DNA from: Candidatus Gottesmanbacteria bacterium RIFCSPLOWO2_01_FULL_42_22
GTDB taxonomy: Bacteria > Patescibacteriota > Microgenomatia > 2-02-FULL-39-11
NCBI GenBank assembly: GCA_001779315.1
Contig: MFJU01000042.1
Span: 747-64,746 of the forward strand
Direction of reading: 5' to 3'
Length of the DNA: 64,000 bases
Position 1 is the stretch's first letter, and each line of letters starts with the position of its first letter. This document shows, piece by piece, positions 1 through 8,469 of the stretch. The notes beneath the pieces were generated by a model that saw nothing but the letters and a program-made list of their open reading frames with translations, did not search any database and had not been told where the DNA came from. The position numbers and the translations under genes were made by a program.

Positions 1-202
1 ATTCATGTTAATATATTATAAAACTTACCAAGCTATTGATCCACACAAAGAATGGATGTTCATAACATAAAAAATGTTGAAATTAGAATAGAATAGTCCG
101 AAAATCGTCTTTTTAGTCCTCGTAGCTTTAGCGAAGTGGACCATCAGGGATGCCGAGTTTTTTTAGAGCTTCATAACTGTCTAAATAGTTAACTTCTCCA
201 TT

Positions 203-211
203 TGTTATAAT
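203..211 (+). promoter_or_regulatory. extended -10 promoter element TGTTATAAT upstream of 218-703
   Basis: TGnTATAAT 7 nt before the ATG; same 9-mer as in repeat right modules D and F. Confidence 0.45.
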
Positions 212-217
212 AATTTC

Positions 218-703
218 ATGAATAAAAAACAACCTATCGCTTATGTTATTTGCGGATTTATCGGAGCAGGTAAGACGACTTTTGCCAGAAAACTGGAAAA
301 GGAAACAAAAGCAATAAGAATTACTAAAGACGAATGGATAATAAAAATTTTCGGAAATAAAATAACGTCAGACAAAAACTTTGAAGTGTATGACAAAAAT
401 ATAACTGAGTTGGCAACGAATATTGCTTTCAAAATTCTGAAAGCCGGTAAAGATGTGATTTTAGATGAAGGTTTTTGGGTTAAATCCCAAAGAGATGATA
501 TAAAGAAGAAAATACTTCAAGTAGGAGCAAAGCCAATTTTTTATTATGTCGAAACCTCGGTAGAGAAAATGAAAGAAAGGGTTATTAACCGAAGCAATAA
601 TCCCACAAAAGATTCATTTGAAATAAATGAAGAAATGTTTGATAAATATTTAAAATATTGGGAACCACCAAAGAAAGAAGAAGGTATTCTTTTAGCTGCT
701 TAA
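218..703 (+). CDS. P-loop NTPase / predicted kinase (AAA_33-like)
   Basis: Walker A GFIGAGKTT near the N-terminus; 161 aa; TGTTATAAT extended -10 at 203-211 just upstream. Confidence 0.6.
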   Translation: MNKKQPIAYVICGFIGAGKTTFARKLEKETKAIRITKDEWIIKIFGNKITSDKNFEVYDKNITELATNIAFKILKAGKDVILDEGFWVKSQRDDIKKKILQVGAKPIFYYVETSVEKMKERVINRSNNPTKDSFEINEEMFDKYLKYWEPPKKEEGILLAA

Positions 704-784
704 CGAATTAAAGTTCGGATTGCTTCAGCTAGGGGAAGCGAGAATTAAGTATAGATTGTCACAACGATCTAGTATATTAGAAAG

Positions 785-1660
785 TCAATCTTTAGAAGCA
801 ATAAAATCTCGCAGTTTTTCCGCAGTATTAAAATCAGGATTGACCGACAATGCTGCTGCAACCCTTGCTGTCATTAATGCCTTATCCATGGGATTTAAAA
901 CATCAGGAAAGTCCATTCTTGATGCTTCTTCTTGCATTTCTGATCCAGGAAATCCATTCAGAAATGCTGCGATTTGATCATGTACAAGTTCAACATTACA
1001 TACAACATCCCTTCTTATTTTTGCAGTAGGTGAACTTAACAAGCTGTTATTTTCTTCAGATGCAGGAGATATAAACCGTCCGGTTTCCAGCTGAATTTTA
1101 TCAAGTTGATCCAAAGTTAATCGTGATTTGGTTCTCGGTTGCTCAGTTGGTACATTTTCCGCAATTTTAAAATCACCTTTAAGCACTCCGGCATCTTTTA
1201 ATTGATCAATTACCTGCTGAACTTTTTGTCGAGCAAGAGGAGAATTATTTAGTAATTCTATAAGTGTTCTTGGGTGAACTTGAAAATAGGTCGCCATTCC
1301 CAAATTAAATTTAAAATCACAACTTCTCAGTATGATATGTTCCGGATCGGACTTACTTGTCTCAACAAGGAGAGCATCTGGTATTTTTAAGGATCCTGCT
1401 TGTTTTTTAACTGCCTGATCTACATCCAACGAAATTATATGGCTTATTTCATGATCACCTTCTAATCTAAGAGCAAATCGAGCAAGCTCTGGTTGTGACC
1501 GAAATTCTTCCAGTCGAGGAAGGCACACTCTTTCTTCCCATGCCTTACCTATCCAGTTGCTGAATCCATTTCCTTTTGCATCAGCAGCTTCTCTTAACGC
1601 TTTTAATCCTTGTTGTCCAAAATGGACTTCTACTTTTCCTTCTGGTGATGAACTTAACAT
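785..1660 (-). CDS. hypothetical protein with HExxH motif (possible metallopeptidase-like)
   Basis: 291-aa ORF; GDHEISH (HExxH) motif; no other recognisable family signature. Confidence 0.35.
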   Translation of the reverse strand: MLSSSPEGKVEVHFGQQGLKALREAADAKGNGFSNWIGKAWEERVCLPRLEEFRSQPELARFALRLEGDHEISHIISLDVDQAVKKQAGSLKIPDALLVETSKSDPEHIILRSCDFKFNLGMATYFQVHPRTLIELLNNSPLARQKVQQVIDQLKDAGVLKGDFKIAENVPTEQPRTKSRLTLDQLDKIQLETGRFISPASEENNSLLSSPTAKIRRDVVCNVELVHDQIAAFLNGFPGSEMQEEASRMDFPDVLNPMDKALMTARVAAALSVNPDFNTAEKLRDFIASKD

Positions 1661-1814
1661 ATTTCAAAATTATTACTTAATCTATTTATAATTCAAAACT
1701 CACAATATGACAATAATTACCAGGATTCAAAAGTGGTTCGAAAATCGTCAAAGAATCAAGTTCTTTGTAAACCCATCCCGGAAGCTAAACCTGAGTATAA
1801 AAAATTCAAACATC

Positions 1815-1868
1815 GTCCATCCCTCGGAGCAATTTCAACGGTTTTCTATGGAATTCTTCGGATTTTAT
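1815..1868 (+). repeat. intergenic repeat copy A (right module only, degenerate)
   Basis: CGGAGCAATTTCAACGGTTTTCTATGGAATTCTTCGGATTTT. Confidence 0.6.
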
Positions 1869-1913
1869 TTTTTACCACATTTTCATCCGTGAATAATTTG
1901 TTAAAATAACAAT

Positions 1914-2525
1914 ATGAACAAAATAAAAGTTACCTCTGGGATGGCAATGTCCCTTGATGGGTTCACTGCTGGCCTAAATCAAAGTTTCGAAAAACCATTT
2001 GGAGACAATTTCGATTTAGACTTACTGGAGCGTTGGATGTTTGCTGAGCCGGAAAAGCATAAACATAAAAAAGAAATCGACGCTATTTTGGATGCAGGTG
2101 CGTTCATAATGGGTAATAATATGTTTGGCCCTAAAGACAGAAGAGACAATCCAGAATGGAAAGGGTGGTGGGGTGATAATCCCCCGTATCACGCTCCCGT
2201 TTTTGTGCTCTCCCACAAGGAGCGAGAACCGATAGAAATGGAAGGCGGAACGACATTCTTTTTTGTGACTGACGGTATTGAATCTGCTCTTTTACAAGCG
2301 AAAGAAGCAGCAGGTAATCGGAATGTAAAGATTAATGGAGGAGCAAATACCGTCAATCAATATTTAAAAGCTGGCTTTATCGATGAGCTATGGTTACATA
2401 TAGTTCCCGTAACCATTGGCGCAGGCACTCGACTTTTTGAGGAAGTGCCTCCTCTCAATCTCGAACCGATTGAAGTGAGTGGGACCAGTATGGTGACACA
2501 CATTAGATACAAAGTTTTAAAATAG
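1914..2525 (+). CDS. RibD C-terminal domain / dihydrofolate-reductase-like protein (YwjB family)
   Basis: 203 aa; N-terminal VTSGMAMSLDGF and C-terminal NGGANTVNQYLKAGFIDELWLHIVPV are typical of RibD_C reductases. Confidence 0.6.
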   Translation: MNKIKVTSGMAMSLDGFTAGLNQSFEKPFGDNFDLDLLERWMFAEPEKHKHKKEIDAILDAGAFIMGNNMFGPKDRRDNPEWKGWWGDNPPYHAPVFVLSHKEREPIEMEGGTTFFFVTDGIESALLQAKEAAGNRNVKINGGANTVNQYLKAGFIDELWLHIVPVTIGAGTRLFEEVPPLNLEPIEVSGTSMVTHIRYKVLK

Positions 2526-2548
2526 GGATTTCCACTGTATTAGCTTTT

Positions 2549-2665
2549 AGCTTCTTTATTTCATTCCATCTTTGTCTGAGTTCTCCAATATATCGTAAGT
2601 CCTGAAAAGCATGGATAATTGAGGCGTAATCAATAGTTATATTAATCCTAGGGATGGGGAGCAAG
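2549..2665 (+). repeat. intergenic repeat copy B (left module)
   Basis: ...TTCCATC...GTCCTGAAAAG...TATTAATCCTAGGGATGGGGAGCA. Confidence 0.8.
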
Positions 2666-2739
2666 TTAGACCCATAAAATTCCTTGTTGTAACTTTTTAT
2701 TAATAAAAGTATAAAATCCTGATATAATACATAATAATT

Positions 2740-3051
2740 ATGTATACCCTAGATCAGTTATTCACCTTTGGAAATTGGTTTGTGAAACTAGGCAAGGAAG
2801 AAGATTTTAAGAAGGAATGGAAAGAGTTTGCGGACTGGAGTATACGAAATAAACTAGGATCTAATACTCCATATCTCCTCCAAGATATTACCAATGTAAG
2901 ACACTTCATTTCTTTTGGTCCTTGGCCTGATGTACAAACAATCAAAAAATGGCGGCAAACGGAAGAGTTTCAACTTTTTGTAGAAAAAGCAAAAGAACTT
3001 TGCGAGAGATTTGAACCCAACACCCTAAAACTTGTAGCTCTGGGAGAGTAG
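2740..3051 (+). CDS. small hypothetical protein (possible ABM/Dabb-like ferredoxin-fold protein)
   Basis: 103-aa ORF bounded by repeats B and C; TGATATAAT promoter at 2720-2728. Confidence 0.35.
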   Translation: MYTLDQLFTFGNWFVKLGKEEDFKKEWKEFADWSIRNKLGSNTPYLLQDITNVRHFISFGPWPDVQTIKKWRQTEEFQLFVEKAKELCERFEPNTLKLVALGE

Positions 3052-3096
3052 ACTTCATAACTAACATTTTCAGAAATAAAAATCGTTATTTTGTAA

Positions 3097-3228
3097 CTTC
3101 TTTATCTCCTCCCACCTCTGCCTCAATTCACCAACCTGCCTGCCGGCAGGCAGGTATACCTTATGTCCTGAAAAACCCGGATAATTGAACTGAAATCTCG
3201 GGTTTATTAATCCTAGGGATGGGGAGTA
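3097..3228 (+). repeat. intergenic repeat copy C (left module with 20-bp palindrome)
   Basis: CTCCTCCCACCTCTG...CCTGCCTGCCGGCAGGCAGG (3135-3154)...AAAACCCGGATAATTGAACTGAAATCTCGGGTTTATTAATCCTAGGGATGGGGAG. Confidence 0.85.
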
Positions 3229-3256
3229 AAACAAATAATAATTAATAACCTCAATA

Positions 3257-3286
3257 TTGACATTCTGACAAATTCATCTGTATAAT
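3257..3286 (+). promoter_or_regulatory. sigma70-like promoter TTGACA-N18-TATAAT upstream of brnT
   Basis: TTGACA 3257-3262 and TGTATAAT ending at 3286; ATG at 3298. Confidence 0.5.
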
Positions 3287-3297
3287 GCAGTATATAC

Positions 3298-3594
3298 ATG
3301 AGGATTCTTAAAGAGCCATTGGAATTTCAGTGGGACAAAGGAAACGTAGGAAAAAGTTATAAGAAACATAAAGTAAAAGACAAAGAAGCGGAAGAGCCAT
3401 TTTTTGATAAAAGACATAAAATCTTCAAGGACAAGCTGCATTCTAAGGGTGAAGAAAGAAACAGAATTGCAGGTAAAACAAAAAAAGGGAGACTTTTATT
3501 TATAGTATTTACCATAAGAGAAAACAGAATAAGGATAATATCTGCTCGTGATATAAATAAAAAGGAGGTGTATCTATATGAAGAAAAGGCTTAA
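3298..3594 (+). CDS. brnT: BrnT-like toxin (DUF497) of type II TA system
   Basis: 98 aa; EFQWDKGN...KHKV...EAEE...RIISARDINKKE matches the BrnT signature; overlaps the downstream antitoxin by 17 nt. Confidence 0.75.
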   Translation: MRILKEPLEFQWDKGNVGKSYKKHKVKDKEAEEPFFDKRHKIFKDKLHSKGEERNRIAGKTKKGRLLFIVFTIRENRIRIISARDINKKEVYLYEEKA

Positions 3595-3844
3595 ACTGCC
3601 CGTCTTTAAAAACGAAGACGAAGAAAGAAAATTCTGGGCGAAAGTTGATTTGTCTGAATATTATGATGCTAATGATCTAGAGTTAGTCAGTTTTCCTAAT
3701 TTAAAACCGACAACTAAACCTGTATCAATCAGAATTCCTGAATATTTACTCAACAGAGTTAAAGAGGAGGCAAATGAACTTAATATTCCTTATCAGACAT
3801 TAATTAAACAGTATATTCAAAAAGGTGTTTTTTCTTCTCAATAA
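3578..3844 (+). CDS. brnA: BrnA-like antitoxin
   Basis: 88 aa; N-terminal KLPVFKNEDEERKFW and C-terminal RHH-like region; paralog of 7278-7559. Confidence 0.75.
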   Translation: MKKRLKLPVFKNEDEERKFWAKVDLSEYYDANDLELVSFPNLKPTTKPVSIRIPEYLLNRVKEEANELNIPYQTLIKQYIQKGVFSSQ

Positions 3845-3878
3845 ATCCGAATTAGGTTAAGAAGGGTTCATTTCTTAA

Positions 3879-4000
3879 AAGTTCGGATAATATCCCACAG
3901 GGGGAGCAATTTCTACGGATTTCTTCGGATTTTTTATTTTTATATACTCCATTCGGTTTTCACAGGGTTCAAACTTGGGTATTGTTATAATACTTGATAA
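3879..4000 (+). repeat. intergenic repeat copy D (truncated left module plus full right module with promoter)
   Basis: GGGGGAGCAATTTCTACGGATTTCTTCGGATTTT...TGTTATAAT (3983-3991). Confidence 0.8.
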
Positions 4001-4699
4001 ATGCTTCTTAATGCTAAACCTCTAATCTCTTGCGTTATTCCTTTTTGGAATGAAGGCTCTCGTCTCTATGCAGTACTAGATGAGGTAAGTAAAACTAAAA
4101 ATATTTTTGAAGTAATTTGTGTTGATGATGCTTCATATGAAAATAATTCAGATGAAATACGAAAACACTATCCTAATTTTAAACTTCTTCGGCTAAAAAA
4201 GAACTATGGAAAGTCCGGTGCTATCCTTGAAGGATTAAAGATAGTAAAGGGTAATTTAATTTTACTTCTCGATGCCGACATTCGTAACCTTAATCATAAT
4301 GAAATTGAAAAAGCAATAAAAATTGTCCAACAAAATCCAGACGTAGACATGCTTATCTTAAGAAGAATTAAAGCACCATTATTTGTAAAACTTACTCGAG
4401 GTGATGTTTTGGCATCAGGAGAAAGAATTGTTAAATTAAATTACTTGATGAATGTTTTAAAAAATTCAACGAAAGGATGGGAGCTTGAATCAAAAATAAA
4501 TCTGTTTATGTTTAATAATAATAAGAAAGTTTACTGGTTTCCACATTCTGGGATTAATACTCATTGGAAATGGGGCATAAAAGCGGATTTTAAATATCAT
4601 AAGAAAAAGATAGCTGATATTTACTCAATCGGTTTTACTAATCTACTTAAATTATTCTTATTTTTTGGAAAAGAAGAAGTAAAATACCAAAAAATCTAA
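4001..4699 (+). CDS. family 2 glycosyltransferase (GT-A fold)
   Basis: ISCVIPFWNE...VICVDDAS...LLLDADI motifs; paralog of 29604-30284. Confidence 0.7.
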   Translation: MLLNAKPLISCVIPFWNEGSRLYAVLDEVSKTKNIFEVICVDDASYENNSDEIRKHYPNFKLLRLKKNYGKSGAILEGLKIVKGNLILLLDADIRNLNHNEIEKAIKIVQQNPDVDMLILRRIKAPLFVKLTRGDVLASGERIVKLNYLMNVLKNSTKGWELESKINLFMFNNNKKVYWFPHSGINTHWKWGIKADFKYHKKKIADIYSIGFTNLLKLFLFFGKEEVKYQKI

Positions 4700-4763
4700 G
4701 AATATAAAAAATTGAAAGTTAGACTGTTTTGGAAAAGATAATCTCGCAAGTAGTTTTCAGTTC

Positions 4764-4826
4764 TGATAATGACCGATTGGGGGAGTAATTTCTACGGATT
4801 TCTCCGTTTTTCTTCGGATTTTATAA
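4764..4826 (+). repeat. intergenic repeat copy E (junction plus right module)
   Basis: GGGGGAGTAATTTCTACGGATTTCTCCGTTTTTCTTCGGATTTT. Confidence 0.75.
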
Positions 4827-4868
4827 ATTAATATACAATTATATACTTATCACCTATAATAACCCTTA

Positions 4869-6032
4869 ATGTTAAGAAAAGTATTCCCATTGATATTATT
4901 TTTACTTATTACAACTCCTGTTCAGGCTGTTAGTTGGCCGCCTGAGGTCAAACCGGAACAGGGAAGAGCATCCGGTACGCTAGGAATCGGGGATGATGAC
5001 AAGCTAAACGTCACCATCGACTTTTGGAATGTGGGGGTGGTGGGCGGCGGTGATTACGGGAAAGTCATAGTTGACCTCGGATGTACGCAAAAAACTATTG
5101 GTGATGGGTGGCAATGTGTAGCAGATGATGAGCCTCCTGAAATTGGAACTTTTAGCGGTGGGCCTAATGGGGAAATTACCATAAACGGAGAAACAAGCAT
5201 CCAACTGGTTAATGGAACTTATTTTAAATCTAATCTTGATAAAACATTCCAGGCAACTGTAGAGAATCCTGAAATATTTTCAAAATACAGATGGAGTATG
5301 GATGAATCGGTTCCGATCCCCGAAATTAAGGAAGGGAAATATGAGGTAGAAACCGCCGGTGCTGCAGTATTTAATGATCTTTATGGGCAGGTGGAAGTTA
5401 ATATTCCTCGTCCGGACGGAACCTATGATGAAGAGGAATGGAATCTAGCTAAAATAGACATGAAGTTGCCACCCGGCACGCGCATTAAAGTGAGTGAAAA
5501 AAGCGGTTTGATGCTTGCATTCACCGATAATCAAACAAATATTACCGTAGGACCGGAAACAGAAATCGTGCTGGTTGCAGTGGAACCGCAAGATACCGTG
5601 ATTAAACTGCTGTGGGGGAATCTGAAGGCCAATGTCAAAAAGATGATGAAGGACGGATCAATGGAAGTAGAAATGAGCCAGGCAGTTGCGGGAATTAAAG
5701 GAACCCAATTTATCTTAAATGAGACAAAGACAGAGTCTTCAATTTGGGTTACCGAAGGAACTGTTAAATTCACCAGCAAGAGTACAGGCAAATCGGTGGA
5801 TGTATCCAGAGGAGAAGCAGTAATTGCATCTGCCAAAGGTCTGTCAGAAAAAACAATCTTTGATCCGGTTGAAGAAGAAAAGAAATGGCAGGAGTTTGCA
5901 GATAATTTTAAGAAAACAAATACTTCTATTGCCGGTAATAACAATAGTATGTATATAGTAGTGGGAATTGTTTTTGCTGCTGCAATAATTGGTTTCCTTA
6001 TATTAAAAGTTAGGAAAACTAAGCGAGCTTGA
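4869..6032 (+). CDS. secreted protein with C-terminal TM anchor; C-terminal domain shared with paralogs
   Basis: N-terminal signal peptide; C-terminal hydrophobic anchor MYIVVGIVFAAAIIGFLIL; the last ~130 aa are homologous to 6324-6680 and to a relic at ~18296. Confidence 0.45.
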   Translation: MLRKVFPLILFLLITTPVQAVSWPPEVKPEQGRASGTLGIGDDDKLNVTIDFWNVGVVGGGDYGKVIVDLGCTQKTIGDGWQCVADDEPPEIGTFSGGPNGEITINGETSIQLVNGTYFKSNLDKTFQATVENPEIFSKYRWSMDESVPIPEIKEGKYEVETAGAAVFNDLYGQVEVNIPRPDGTYDEEEWNLAKIDMKLPPGTRIKVSEKSGLMLAFTDNQTNITVGPETEIVLVAVEPQDTVIKLLWGNLKANVKKMMKDGSMEVEMSQAVAGIKGTQFILNETKTESSIWVTEGTVKFTSKSTGKSVDVSRGEAVIASAKGLSEKTIFDPVEEEKKWQEFADNFKKTNTSIAGNNNSMYIVVGIVFAAAIIGFLILKVRKTKRA

Positions 6033-6049
6033 GAGAGGAGGCGCGCAAT

Positions 6050-6256
6050 AATTTCCTTATTTCCACCCATCCCTGTCTTAATTCCCCAATATATCTTAAA
6101 TCCTGAAATACCCGGGTAATTGAACTGTAATCTGCGCTTATATTAATCCTAGGGACGGGGAGCACTTTCTACCGATTTCTGCGGATTTTTTATTTTCATA
6201 AACTCCATTCGGTTTTCACAGGGTTCAAACTTGGGTATTGTTATAATACTTGATAA
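6050..6256 (+). repeat. intergenic repeat copy F (full left and right modules)
   Basis: CCACCCATCCCTG...TATTAATCCTAGGGACGGGGAGCACTTTCTACCGATTTCTGCGGATTTT...TGTTATAAT (6239-6247); right part about 96% identical to copy D. Confidence 0.85.
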
Positions 6257-6323
6257 ATGCTTCTTAATGCTAGGGACTAAGGATCCAAAATCTGGATTTA
6301 ATAAAGAGTACGACAGTTTTGAA

Positions 6324-6680
6324 ATGCAGATGGCCAAGCTCAGTGCAAAATTGAAAGGCACGACAGTAGTCGTAAAAGAAGATGGAGAAACCAGCAGCAT
6401 AAAAGTGATCGAAGGTGTGGCAGAAGTCACGGACATACAAACTGGCAAAACAGTTGAGATAAGCGAGGGTAAGATGATTGCCGCGACGGATACAGGCATC
6501 GGCGAGGTACAGGCTTTTGATGTCAACGCTGAAAACGAAAAGTGGCAGGATTTTACAGACGAAATAGGTAAAACAGGTACCAATCAAAAAAACTATCTGT
6601 ATATCTTAGTAATTCCGATAATACTGTTAGCTACTATAATCGCTGTTGTATTAGCATTAAAAAAGAAAAAAAGCGCTTAA
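6324..6680 (+). CDS. truncated paralog of the 4869-6032 C-terminal domain with TM anchor
   Basis: EKWQDFTDEIGKT vs EEKKWQEFADNFKKT plus a C-terminal TM helix. The track ORF at 6231 starts inside the repeat, so start at internal Met 6324 is preferred. Confidence 0.4.
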   Translation: MQMAKLSAKLKGTTVVVKEDGETSSIKVIEGVAEVTDIQTGKTVEISEGKMIAATDTGIGEVQAFDVNAENEKWQDFTDEIGKTGTNQKNYLYILVIPIILLATIIAVVLALKKKKSA

Positions 6681-6714
6681 AGAATTTCACTATTTAAAGA
6701 GTGCCTTCAGGTTG

Positions 6715-6860
6715 AAGTTTTTTAATCTCCTCCCACCTCTGTCTCTGCACTCCAATAAACCGAAAATCCTGAAAAACCCGGATAATTAAACTGAATGAAA
6801 TCGCGGGTTTATTAATCCTAGGGACGGGGAGCAATTTCTACGAATTTACTATGGAGATTG
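6715..6860 (+). repeat. intergenic repeat copy G
   Basis: CTCCTCCCACCTCTG...AAAACCCGGATAATTAAACTGAATGAAATCGCGGGTTTATTAATCCTAGGGACGGGGAGCAATTTCTACGAATTT. Confidence 0.85.
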
Positions 6861-6879
6861 CTTCTAATTTTTAACTTCC

Positions 6880-6888
6880 TGATATAAT
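6880..6888 (+). promoter_or_regulatory. extended -10 TGATATAAT upstream of the YciI-like gene
   Basis: Same 9-mer at 2720-2728 (before 2740) and 20061-20069 (before 20076). Confidence 0.4.
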
Positions 6889-6914
6889 CACCTTATTATT
6901 AACTTCAAAAACTT

Positions 6915-7256
6915 ATGCAATTTCTTGTAATCGGAAAAGACGGCAAAGATGAAAAGGCGCTGGAGCGAAGACTGGTAGCTCGAGAAGCTCATATTAAGTT
7001 GGGTGATGAGATGGAGAAATCAGGTGATCGATGGTATGGAGCGGTTCTTTTGGACGATAACAATAAAATGATAGGGTCTTTGGCAGTGATGGATTTTCCT
7101 TCTGAAAAAGAGTTATATGAATGGCTGAAGCGTGAGCCTTATATAACTGGTAAAGTCTGGGAAACAGTGGAAGTTTATAAATGCAATGTTAAAAATCCCT
7201 GGAAGTTTAGCCGTCCGGAATCTTTCTTTAAGGAAAGAGAAAAACTGAATAAGTAA
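6915..7256 (+). CDS. YciI-like protein
   Basis: 113 aa; MQFLVIGKDGKDEKALERRLVAREAHIK...LLDD pattern typical of YCII-related domain. Confidence 0.55.
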   Translation: MQFLVIGKDGKDEKALERRLVAREAHIKLGDEMEKSGDRWYGAVLLDDNNKMIGSLAVMDFPSEKELYEWLKREPYITGKVWETVEVYKCNVKNPWKFSRPESFFKEREKLNK

Positions 7257-7277
7257 ATTTTCAACTGATGCAATATT

Positions 7278-7559
7278 TTACTGATTCAGGCCAAGTTCCT
7301 GTTTTACCTTCTCACTTAATATAATTTTCACCAGAGATTGATAGGGAACGTCTCTTTTGTTAGCCAGAGTTTTAAGAGCCGCAATAAGCGACTCGGGTAA
7401 TCTGATGGAAACCGTTCTGGTTGACGGTTTAAGATTTTGTAAGACCGGATTAATAATAGCCTGACTCATATCAAAATAATCAGTTAAATCATGGCGTGCA
7501 AAGAAATCTCTTTCCTCATCCTCATTTTTAAATTTAGGTAATTTTTTAATTTGTTTCAT
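7278..7559 (-). CDS. brnA: BrnA-like antitoxin (second copy)
   Basis: KLPKFKNEDEERDFF N-terminus; overlaps BrnT start by 4 nt. Confidence 0.75.
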   Translation of the reverse strand: MKQIKKLPKFKNEDEERDFFARHDLTDYFDMSQAIINPVLQNLKPSTRTVSIRLPESLIAALKTLANKRDVPYQSLVKIILSEKVKQELGLNQ

Positions 7560-7906
7560 TTTGATTTATCACCTCTTTTCTTAATTTGTTTATTGTTTAA
7601 ACTTTCAGCTAATTTATAAGCCAGTTTGTCTTTTTTACCCTGATCCCTTGCCGAAATAATTCTGATTTTGTCTTTTCGAATTGTAAAATATACAGCTAGT
7701 TGTCTGCCTTTGTTAGTTTTACCCAATGCACCCCACCTGTTTTCAGTCTGTGAATGTTGTTTGTTTTCAATGAAAACAAGTGGGTTATTACTGAAAATTT
7801 CTTCACATTCCCGATACTCAACATTATGTTTTGCTTGATTTTTTTTAATATTAGCTTCATCCCAATCAAAACCATGCAACTTATTTAAATCAAAACTTTT
7901 ACTCAT
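7556..7906 (-). CDS. brnT: BrnT-like toxin (second copy)
   Basis: FDWDEANIKKNQAKHNV...RIISARDQGKKD; DUF497 signature. Confidence 0.75.
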   Translation of the reverse strand: MSKSFDLNKLHGFDWDEANIKKNQAKHNVEYRECEEIFSNNPLVFIENKQHSQTENRWGALGKTNKGRQLAVYFTIRKDKIRIISARDQGKKDKLAYKLAESLNNKQIKKRGDKSK

Positions 7907-7950
7907 AGGCTATTTATGTATACAATGGTACAATACATTTAGCCTCATGT

Positions 7951-8050
7951 CAAGGTATGGATAATAGATGTGTAGTCGATGGTTATATTAATCCTAGGGA
8001 CGGGGAGCAAATTCTATGGATTTCTTTGGGTTTCTTCGGATTTATTCGAA
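7951..8050 (+). repeat. intergenic repeat copy H (5'-truncated)
   Basis: TATTAATCCTAGGGACGGGGAGCAAATTCTATGGATTTCTTTGGGTTTCTTCGGATTT. Confidence 0.8.
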
Positions 8051-8054
8051 TTTT

Positions 8055-8393
8055 TCAACCGCTTTTTAATTCACTTTTATAGTACTTCTCAGCAAATTTC
8101 GCGATCTCATTAATAATGGGGAGTATGCCACGCCCTTTTTTAGTTAGTTCATAAACAACTGAAATTTTATCAAGAGTTTCTTCTTTTCTAATGACTATTT
8201 GCTCTTTTTCAAGTTTTTTTAATCTGTCTGCCAGAGTTGTGGGGTTTATGCCAGATATCGACCGTTGAATTTCATTAAACCGCATTGAGCTATTACCTAA
8301 ATTGCTTATTATGCATAAAATCCACGCATCACCAATCATATTGATTGCGTTGTTTAATTCTTCCGGAATATGGCGATTATTACTTGTTGACAT
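8055..8393 (-). CDS. HxlR-family transcriptional regulator
   Basis: 112-aa wHTH; divergent from the quinone oxidoreductase. Confidence 0.7.
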   Translation of the reverse strand: MSTSNNRHIPEELNNAINMIGDAWILCIISNLGNSSMRFNEIQRSISGINPTTLADRLKKLEKEQIVIRKEETLDKISVVYELTKKGRGILPIINEIAKFAEKYYKSELKSG

Positions 8394-8469
8394 ACTATAA
8401 ATAGTGTAGTACTCTATTTTTTAGACTGCTATAAATTATATACTAAATTTTAGGAATAGTCTAACTCTT

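Noticed and set aside
5531-6587. Several antisense ORFs (5531-6070, 6149-6583, 6270-6587 on the minus strand)
   Set aside because: They are embedded antisense in better-supported + strand genes and repeats. They are hydrophobic/low-complexity translations typical of shadow ORFs.
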